This document shows positions 53,471-64,000 of a DNA stretch of 64,000 nt, one piece after another. This DNA is from Eledone cirrhosa (lineage: Eukaryota), in NCBI GenBank assembly GCA_964016885.1, contig OZ024756.1, forward strand, positions 37,510,001-37,574,000, given 5' to 3'. A program made the position numbers and the translations under genes. The notes beneath the pieces are model-generated. The model made no database searches. It was given only the letters and a program-made list of their open reading frames with translations, and had not been told where the DNA came from. Positions within the stretch are counted from its first letter, which is position 1. Every line of letters starts with the position of its first letter.

Positions 53471-54068
53471 TGACTCTTTGACAGGTTTTGTTTTTAGTCC
53501 TGCAGGATGTCCAAAGTCACCCTCCTCACCAAGAAACCTTGGTGGGGTTGCCAGTTTAGTCGCCAACGACCCGACCATGAGACAGGTTGTACTGGGATAC
53601 ATGTTACCAGTAGCACCAACTGGTGACCTGACAAAGAGTCAATGGCCATCCAAAATCACCGGGAGAGATGACCCCTTAGCCTTTGTAAAGGCAGAATTCT
53701 AGGAGAAGGAAAACTCTGATATAACACCTGCAACCCTGATGGTATCCAATGATGTTGACTTGTTCTTCTTTTTGGTAAATATCATCTTGGTTAAGAGAGT
53801 GGGACTGGCTTTGTGCAGTGCCTTTGCTCACTATAAAAGCTTCACGGCACAGGCATTGCTTTATATCTGGAGATCTCTCTGCACTTGTCGTCACATGGAA
53901 CCATGGGCCCAGCACTATGTGTCAATAATTGTCACAGGTGTAGTGTTTGTACCAGAGTTTTCAAGTAGCTAGCTGGACTAAAATGTCACACTCGTTCAGC
54001 GCATCGGTAGGAGTTCTCCTACATGGATATAAAGTAGTGGCCGTACTCGAAAACGAGTTGGCAGCCAC
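53469..54068 (+). mobile_element. ~600-bp non-autonomous RTE-derived element, copy 2, 5' segment inverted
   Basis: 53476-53633 is the reverse complement of ~12521-12678; the remainder is colinear with 12694-13125. Confidence 0.8.
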
Positions 54069-54226
54069 TATATATATATATATGTGTGTGTGTATATATA
54101 TATGTGTATATATGTATATATATATATATGTGTATATATATATATATGTGTGTATATATATATGTGTATGTATATTTATATGTGTGTGTGTATGTATATA
54201 TATATATATATGTGTGTATATATATA

Positions 54227-54327
<101 letters not shown>

Positions 54328-54934
54328 ATATATATATATATGTGTATATATATATATATATGTGTGTGTATATATATATGTGTGTGCATATATATATATG
54401 TGTGTATATATATATATACACACAAACACAGCAATACAATGAATGTTGGTACAGGTGATTTCCATAGTTCCATACTCTATAGTAGGTACCATAAATAAAT
54501 GGTAACTCAGAATTGCTAATGAATAATGAATTCTAGAAATGGCTAATAAAAGACACATAATCTAAAGTTTATGTGCAGTGTGTATATAAATGTATGTATA
54601 TATGAATGTATATATAAATGTATATATGTATCTGTATGTGTGTGTGAATGTATGAATGTATGTATGTATGTATGTATGTATGTATGTGTGTATGAATGTA
54701 TGTATGCATGTGTGTATGTATATATGTATGCATGTGTATATATATATGTATGTATGTATGTGTATATATATATGTATGTATGTATGTACACATGTCTGTA
54801 TATATGAATGTATGTATTCATATATGTGTGTATATACATGTGTGTGTGTGTATATGTATATATGTCTGTATGTGTGTGTATGTATGCAAGTATCCGTGTA
54901 TGGATGTATAGACGTTTGTATGTATGCATGCATG

Positions 54935-54969
<35 letters not shown>

Positions 54970-55909
54970 ATGCATGTATGCATATGTGTACTTCTGTATG
55001 CATGTGTATGTATACATATATGTGTGTATATATGAATATATGTGTGTATATATGTGTGTATATATGTGTGTATATATGTATGTATATATGTATGTGGCCA
55101 TGTATGCATGTATGTGTAAACATTTATGTATGTGTGGGTGTATGTATGTTTATATATATGTGTGTGTATGTATTTATATATGTATGTGTGTATGTACGTG
55201 TCTCTTCCCTCCTCTTTTCTTTTCTTCTCTATTCTTTCACTCACACATACATACATACACACATACACCTACATATCTACACACATACATATACCTACAT
55301 ATCTACACACCTACACACACATACACCTACATATCTACACACATACATACACCTACACACCTACACACCTACACACACATACATATCTACATATCTACAC
55401 ATATACATACACCTACATATCTACACACATACACACACATACATATCTACACACATACATACACATACACCTACATATCTACACACATACATATACCTAC
55501 ATATCTACACACATACATACACATACACCTACATATCTACACACATACATACACCTACATATCTACACACACACATACACCTACATATCTACACACATAC
55601 ATACACCTACATATCTACACACATACACACACATACATATCTACACACATACATACACACACATACATATCTACACACATACATACACCTACACCTACAT
55701 ATCTACACACATACATACACCTACATATCTACACACATACATATCTATGCCCTCATACACCTACACATAAACACACATACACCTACACACATACATGTAC
55801 CTACATATCTACACACTCATACATCTACACACATACATACACACACTTCAAAGCCATTAGAAATAGTTCTGCTAGTTTCCCTCCAATGAGATGCTGCCAT
55901 CTTGGTAGC

Positions 55910-56580
55910 TACAGCAGCAGCACCACCAGCAACTGCAGCAGCACCACCAGCAATAACAGCAATACCACCAGCAATAACAGCAACAGCAGCAGTACCAGCA
56001 GCAGCAGCAGCACCACCAGCAACAGCAGCAGTACCAGCAGCAGCAGCACCACCAGCAACAGCAGCAGTACCAGCAGCAGCAGTACCACCATCAGCAGCAC
56101 CACCAGCAACAGCAATACCACCAGCAATAACAGCAACAGCAGCAGTAGCACCAACAGCAGCACCACCAGCAACAGCAATACCACCAGCAATAACAGCAAC
56201 AGCAGCAGTAGCACCAACAGCAGCACCACCAGCAACAGCAATACCACCAGCAATAACAGCAACAGCAGCAGTAGCACCAACAGCAGCACCACCAGCAACA
56301 GCAATACCACCAGCAATAACAGCAACAGCAGCAGTAGCACCAACAGCAGCACCACCAGCAACAGCAATACCACCAGCAATAACAGCAACAGCAGCAGTAC
56401 CACCAACAGCAGCACCACCAGCAACAGCATCACCAGCAACACCAACAGCAGCATCACTAACAGCAACAGCAGCACCACAATAGCAGCACCACCAACAACA
56501 GCATCAGCAGCAACAGTAGCACCATCAGCATCAGCACCCCCAGCAACAGCACCAGCAGCAGCAGCAGGAGCAGCTACAGT
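55910..56580. repeat. (CAG/CAA/CAC)n repeat with a 63-bp unit, ~5 copies
   Basis: PPATAIPPAITATAAVAPTAA periodicity of 21 codons. Confidence 0.9.
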
Positions 56581-56695
56581 AACTTTGCAATATTCATAAT
56601 TTGACCTCCATGTGGTGCCAGCAGGAAGGACTCTCTTTTGTCCAAAAAGCTGAATGTCTCCATACTGTGCCAAAAAGGTTCACCATCTGTCCTAA

Positions 56696-59613
56696 GAACT
56701 AAATGCCTCCAGTCAGTGCCAGAAATAAGGGCTGTCCTTTTGTCTGTGAACTAAATGCCTCCAGTCAGTGCCAGAAATAAGGGCTGTCCTTTTGTCTGTG
56801 AACTAAATGCCTCCAGTCAGTGCCAGAAATAAGGGCTGTCCTTTTGTCTGTGAACTAAATGCCTCCAGTCAGTGCCAGAAATAAGGGGTCCCTTTGTCTG
56901 TGAACTAAATGCCTCCAGTCAGTGCCAGAAATAAGGGCTGTCCTTTTGTCTGTGCACTAAATGCCTCCAGTCAGTGCCAGAAATAAGGGCTGTCCTTTTG
57001 TCTGTGAACTAAATGCCTCCAGTCAGTGCCAGAAATAAGGGCTGTCCTTCTGTCTGTGAACTAAATGCCTCCAGTCAGTGCCAGAAATAAGGGCTGTCCT
57101 TTTGTCTGTGCACTAAATGCCTCCAGTCAGTGCCAGAAATAAGGGGTCCTTTTGTCTGTGAACTAAATGCCTCCAGTCAGTGCCAGAAATAAGGGGTCCT
57201 TTTGTCTGTGAACTAAATGCCTCCAGTCAGTGCCAGAAATAAGGGCTGTCCTTTTGTCTGTGAACTAAATGCCTCCAGTCAGTGCCAGAAATAAGGGCTG
57301 TCCTTTTGTCTGTGAACTAAATGCCTCCAGTCAGTGCCAGAAATAAGGGCTGTCCTTTTGTCTGTGAACTAAATGCCTCCAGTCAGTGCCAGAAATAAGG
57401 GCTGTCCTTTTGTCTGTGAACTAAATGCCTCCAGTCAGTGCCAGAAATAAGGGGTCCTTTTGTCTGTGAACTAAATGCCTCCAGTCAGTGCCAGAAATAA
57501 GGGGTCCTTTTGTCTGTGAACTAAATGCCTCCAGTCAGTGCCAGAAATAAGGGGTCCTTTTGTCTGTGAACTAAATGCCTCCAGTCAGTGCCAGAAATAA
57601 GGGCTGTCCTTTTGTCTGTGAACTAAATGCCTCCAGTCAGTGCCAGAAATAAGGGGTCCCTTTGTCTGTGAACTAAATGCCTCCAGTCAGTGCCAGAAAT
57701 AAGGGCTGTCCTTTTGTCTGTGCACTAAATGCCTCCAGTCAGTGCCAGAAATAAGGGCTGTCCTTTTGTCTGTGAACTAAATGCCTCCAGTCAGTGCCAG
57801 AAATAAGGGCTGTCCTTCTGTCTGTGAACTAAATGCCTCCAGTCAGTGCCAGAAATAAGGGCTGTCCTTTTGTCTGTGCACTAAATGCCTCCAGTCAGTG
57901 CCAGAAATAAGGGGTCCTTTTGTCTGTGAACTAAATGCCTCCAGTCAGTGCCAGAAATAAGGGGTCCTTTTGTCTGTGAACTAAATGCCTCCAGTCAGTG
58001 CCAGAAATAAGGGCTGTCCTTTTGTCTGTGAACTAAATGCCTCCAGTCAGTGCCAGAAATAAGGGCTGTCCTTTTGTCTGTGAACTAAATGCCTCCAGTC
58101 AGTGCCAGAAATAAGGGCTGTCCTTTTGTCTGTGAACTAAATGCCTCCAGTCAGTGCCAGAAATAAGGGCTGTCCTTTTGTCTGTGAACTAAATGCCTCC
58201 AGTCAGTGCCAGAAATAAGGGGTCCTTTTGTCTGTGAACTAAATGCCTCCAGTCAGTGCCAGAAATAAGGGGTCCTTTTGTCTGTGAACTAAATGCCTCC
58301 AGTCAGTGCCAGAAATAAGGGCTGTCCTTTTGTCTGTGAACTAAATGCCTCCAGTCAGTGCCAGAAATAAGGGCTGTCCTTTTGTCTGTGAACTAAATGC
58401 CTCCAGTCAGTGCCAGAAATAAGGGCTGTCCTTTTGTCTGTGAACTAAATGCCTCCAGTCAGTGCCAGAAATAAGGGCTGTCCTTTTGTCTGTGAACTAA
58501 ATGCCTCCAGTCAGTGCCAGAAATAAGGGCTGTCCTTTTGTCTGTGAACTAAATGCCTCCAGTCAGTGCCAGAAATAAGGGGTCCTTTTGTCTGTGAACT
58601 AAATGCCTCCAGTCAGTGCCAGAAATAAGGGGTCCTTTTGTCTGTGAACTAAATGCCTCCAGTCAGTGCCAGAAATAAGGGGTCCTTTTGTCTGTGAACT
58701 AAATGCCTCCAGTCAGTGCCAGAATTAAGGGCTGTCCTTTTGTCTGTGAACTAAATGCTTCCAGTCAGTGCCAGAAATAAGGGCTGTCCTTTTGTCTGTG
58801 AACTAAATGCCTCCAGTCAGTGCCAGAAATAAGGGCTGTCCTTTTGTCTGTGAACTAAATGCCTCCAGTCAGTGCCAGAAATAAGGGCTGTCCTTTTGTC
58901 TGTGAACTAAATGCCTCCAGTCAGTGCCAGAAATAAGGGGTCCTTTTGTCTGTGAACTAAATGCCTCCAGTCAGTGCCAGAAATAAGGGCTGTCCTTTTG
59001 TCTGTGAACTAAATGCCTCCAGTCAGTGCCAGAAATAAGGGCTGTCCTTTTGTCTGTGAACTAAATGCCTCCAGTCAGTGCCAGAAATAAGGGGTCCTTT
59101 TGTCTGTGAACTAAATGCCTCCAGTCAGTGCCAGAAATAAGGGCTGTCCTTTTGTCTGTGAACTAAATGCCTCCAGTCAGTGCCAGAAATAAGGGCTGTC
59201 CTTCTGTCTGTGAACTAAATGCCTCCAGTCAGTGCCAGAAATAAGGGCTGTCCTTTTGTCTGTGCACTAAATGCCTCCAGTCAGTGCCAGAAATAAGGGC
59301 TGTCCTTTTGTCTGTGAACTAAATGCCTCCAGTCAGTGCCAGAAATAAGGGCTGTCCTTTTGTCTGTGAACTAAATGCCTCGTCAGTGCCAGAAATAAGG
59401 GCTGTCCTTTTGTCTGTGAACTAAATGCCTCCAGTCAGTGCCAGAAATAAGGGCTGTCCTTTTGTCTGTGAACTAAATGCCTCCAGTCAGTGCCAGAAAT
59501 AAGGGCTGTCCTTTTGTCTGTGAACTAAATGCCTCCAGTCAGTGCCAGAAATAAGGGCTGTCCTTTTGTCTGTTAATTAAATGCCTCCAGTCAGTGCCAG
59601 AAATAAGGGCTGT
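56696..59613. repeat. 52/50-bp satellite, ~56 copies
   Basis: gaactaaatgcctccagtcagtgccagaaataaggg(ct)gtccttttgtctgt; two degenerate units upstream at ~56598-56695. Confidence 0.98.
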
Positions 59614-59677
59614 GACGTGAATGATCACAGACTTGGATGAGTGGCTAAGAAGTTCAACGGGAGGGTTGGACATTTGC

Positions 59678-59908
59678 TTAACCCTTTAGTATTTACATTA
59701 CTCTATATATATACCGTTGTATTTTCACGGTAAACATTTTATTTCACATAATTATCTCACATAATATCAAATCTATGAGATTTTGATATCATTTATTTTG
59801 AGAAAAATACCTTAACATAAGTATGAACAGCCAGTTACAGCTGGTTTGAACAGAAAGAGGTGAGAGAGTTCTGGCCGGATATGGCTGGTTTAAATGTTAA
59901 AGGGTTAA
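59678..59908 (+). mobile_element. piggyBac-type MITE, copy 6
   Basis: ttaa-ccctttagtattt ... aaatgttaaaggg-ttaa. Confidence 0.85.
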
Positions 59909-61074
59909 ATTGTTTATAAGCAAGGTGAGGATAAACGAGGGAGGAGGATAAATGTGTGTGTGTGTGTGGGAGGAGGGGGGGGAGATATCGGTAATTATAT
60001 AGTGTATGTTCGTAAATATGGGGTTTCTTGTGATGTTCTTTTTTTGTAATATATAATGTGTTTTTTTTTCATGTAAAATAAAAATGTTAGATTCTCCAGC
60101 TGCTGTATCAATGAATCACTTACAATAAAATATCACCGGAGATAGATGAACAAAAATTTAATAAATAAATTTAATAAATCTGAAAAATTAAAAAGTGGGA
60201 TGAGGTGAGGTGTGGTGGGGGAGGACGATTATTCAAGACCTGATAGTAAGTCTCCAACAAGAAATTGTTTGGAAGCCAGTTAGAGATGGACTCTACCTGT
60301 AATTCAAAGGTCCAGTTTTATCACACACTGTGCTGTGTTGATTCTGCTTGAGAATTACACTAATGGTACACATGTCTGTGGAATACTCAGCCCTGATCTA
60401 AAATAGGTTTCATCTTCATCATTATCATCATCATCGTTGTCATCATTGTTTAATGTCTGTATTCCTCATGTTTATAAAATAAAAAATATTTTTACCATCC
60501 TAAGGGGGCCATTTTATAATGTCTTCCAGATGAATTATCAACAACCTAAGGGACACTATAATAATATTTCTGAAATGAAGTTTTAATATTAAAAGAAACC
60601 CATAAAATTATGTTTTCCAGATTAATTTTCTATATCCTAAGGGATAGGCGCAACGACTGTTAAATAATATCTGCTCAAGATCAATTTTTTCAATATCCTA
60701 AGGAGCCACATCTAAAAAAAAAATTAATGCATATTTTGACTCCAAGTATTAAATGTGAAGTGGGGGGAGGGATGATAGGAAGAATGAGGGTGTTTGTGTG
60801 TATGTCTGTATGTTTATGTGTGTGTTTGTCTTATATATATTTGTACGTGAGTGTGTGTGTATGTGTCTTTTATATGTATGTGTGTGTTTCAGTTTTCTGT
60901 TTTGTATGTTTATATTTGAGCAAGTGTGTGTGTATGAGAGAGAGTGTGTGTGTTTGTAATTGCATGTACACTCACTGTTGCAGTGGTCATGGATAGAAAG
61001 CATTTCATCAGAGGATTGCTCCTCAATCAAGGCTGATCTGTGGTTAGCTCCAATGAAGTGGGGGGGGGGGGTGC

Positions 61075-61234
61075 CAGGTGCTATATTGATCTGAGGTGCA
61101 GGGTACCATGGTGGGGGCCCATTCTTCAAATACAACCCCTCGTCCCCTCCAAGGTCAGGTGGTACATTGATCTGGGGTTCAGGGTACCATGGTGGGGGCC
61201 CATTCTTCAAATACAACCCCTCGTCCCCTCCAAG
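61075..61234. repeat. 81-bp tandem duplication
   Basis: caggtg...cagggtaccatggtgggggcccattcttcaaatacaacccctcgtcccctccaag occurs twice. Confidence 0.9.
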
Positions 61235-62096
61235 TTTTGGGTTGAGTTTTATATTTTTACAGTCAATGTTTATGGATGGAATGTTTGGTTTTTTTTTACT
61301 ATTTAAATATTTTGATGGATCAGAACTGTTCTGAGTCAGAACAACAACAACAACAATACTCTCAATAACCACAGCCAAAACAATAACCACAACAACAACA
61401 ACAAACATAACAATCCCAACAAGCACCACAACAATCACAGCCACAACAACAGCAACCACAATAACCACAACAATAAACACAATTCCAACAACAACAACAA
61501 CAACAACAACAACAGCAACAACAACAGCAACAACAATCACAACAACAACAACAACAACAATCACAACAACAGCTACAGCATGTCTCTAATGGGGAACAAT
61601 TGTTGGCATGAAAGTAAAAGACTGTTAGTGTTATACCATTTAAAGTTATGTTGCTGCCAATAGCAACACTACTGGAAGACATCAACATGGAGAAATTCTG
61701 TGAGACATGCTGGGGATAAAAATGGTAAATGTTTGGTTGTAGAGGAAACCACCACCACTACCGCTACTACCACCACTACCACCACCACCACCACCAACAC
61801 CACTACCACCACTATCACCACCACTACCACCACTACCAACACCACTACCACCACCACCAACACCACTACCACCACTATCACCACTACCACCACCACCACC
61901 ACCAACACCACTACCACCACTATCACCACTACCACCACCACTACCACCACTATCACCACCACCAACACCATTACCACCACCATCACCACCAACACCAAAA
62001 CCACCACCACTACTACCACATATCAACTCAAAGAGGCTGTGTATATATGAATATATGAATGAGTGTGTGCCACACAAACACACACACACACATATA

Positions 62097-62352
62097 TCAT
62101 CATCACTGTTTAACGTCCATTTTTCCACACTAGCATGGGTTAGACGGGTTGTCCCGTTAGGGACAAGTTGGGTCAGGTGACTGTGCCTCGCTCATACAGA
62201 ACTGTTTCTGGCTGGGTTTCTACAGCTGGATGCCCTTCCTAATGTCAACCAACCACATTTACAGTGTGTGCTGGGTGCTTTTTGTCATGACTCCTACATG
62301 ACCACTTTACAGTGCGTGCTGGGTGCTTTTTGTCATGTCTCCTACATGACCA
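62097..62352 (-). mobile_element. SINE family B copy with an internal ~48-bp duplication
   Basis: gtttaacgtccatttttccacactagcatggg...ggatgcccttcctaa; tttacagtg(t/c)gtgctgggtgctttttgtcatg occurs twice. Confidence 0.75.
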
Positions 62353-62585
62353 AAATTATCTAAGTGTGAATTGAAATTAAGAAAGACTGAGCCTTGATAT
62401 GACAACATAGAGGTAATTTATATTACTGGAAATAGAAAAATATAGTCTTTGCACTTGCTATTACTATATATATATATATATATACATTCATATATATATA
62501 TATATTTATCCACACACATGCACACTCACTCACATATATATATATATATACATTCATATATTATATATATATATATATATATACT

Positions 62586-62644
<59 letters not shown>

Positions 62645-62985
62645 TTGTATATATACATATACATACATGCATGGATGGATGCATAAATACATACACACAC
62701 ACACAAACACATACATACAAACAGTACACACACACATAGATACATACATACAGACATTTAGTGGCTGTGCAGTAATTTTCTGAATACAATAAGTCAAATA
62801 TCTGTTTTTCAAAGATTAAATTAACTATTCTTGCATTTACCATTCATACAAAAGCCAGAGGGAGAGTCAGGGGAAGGGGAGGGTAGAGGGAAGGAGAGAG
62901 GGGGAGAGTGGTGGGGAGGGGAAGAAAAGAGAGTGTGTGGTGCTTCATTCTAGAAACATCTGCTCTGACCATTACTTACACATAT

Positions 62986-63082
<97 letters not shown>

Positions 63083-63159
63083 CATACACACATATATATA
63101 TACATATATACACACAGACACACATATATATACATATATACACACAGACATATATATAC

Positions 63160-63196
<37 letters not shown>

Positions 63197-63227
63197 CATA
63201 CACACATATATATACATATATACACAC

Positions 63228-63258
<31 letters not shown>

Positions 63259-63310
63259 TACACACACATATATATATATATATAGCACATATACATACAC
63301 ACATATATAT

Positions 63311-63363
<53 letters not shown>

Positions 63364-63364
63364 T

Positions 63365-63438
<74 letters not shown>

Positions 63439-63847
63439 TTATATATACACAGAGTGTTTGAATATATATTTACATCGTGTACAATGAATAGATATGCAAA
63501 TATGACTGTGTGTATGTGTATGTTTTATACGATAATTATTAATGTACATTTGTTTGCAAATATACATACATGCATGTGTACATACAAATATACATATAAA
63601 CATTCCTGAATATATACATGTATATACATACATATGTATATACATACATACCAACAAATGAATATATACATGTATATACATACATATGTATATACATACA
63701 TACAAATATACATACATGAACACATGCATACATATATATATGCATGCATACATACATACATACGTAGATGTGCATGTATGTATGTATATATGTATTCCTT
63801 TATATAAGGATATACACGTATTCACAACACAGGTATATGTATATGTA

Positions 63848-63898
<51 letters not shown>

Positions 63899-64000
63899 AT
63901 ATTTATTTATATATCTATATATTTATAAATATATATATTTATATATATATGCATACATATAGAGGTGCACACATATATAGTTGTGTATATATATATATAT

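Noticed and set aside
56696-59613. CRISPR array
   Set aside because: Units are contiguous near-identical copies with no unique spacers

Overview
Eukaryotic, almost entirely repetitive, AT-rich DNA. The SINE/LINE/MITE families and the density of TA/CA/GGT microsatellites resemble an octopod cephalopod genome (inference from recalled repeat families, not a database search). I can support no intact host protein-coding gene, rRNA, tRNA gene or CRISPR array; nearly all ORFs in the track are translations of simple repeats. The window holds many micro- and minisatellites (units of 40, 52/50, 59, 61/34, 62, 76, 84, 117 and 123 bp), a ~200-230 bp TTAA-CCCT...AGGG-TTAA piggyBac-type MITE family (6 full copies plus fragments, one carrying a nested 68-bp mini-MITE), three SINE-like families, decayed RTE- and CR1-like LINE fragments, and a 200-N assembly gap at 45488-45687. 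The most interesting signals are: (i) a dispersed set of fold-back elements in or next to (TA)n tracts, several with minimal hammerhead-ribozyme-like cores (Penelope-like retroelement signature); (ii) a ~600 bp non-autonomous RTE-derived element present twice, with its 5' ~160 bp inverted between inverted repeats in one copy; (iii) a nested RTE>CR1>SINE locus in which a satellite arose from the CR1 end and a short inverted copy of it was inserted nearby. Coordinates were read by eye and may be off by a few bases.
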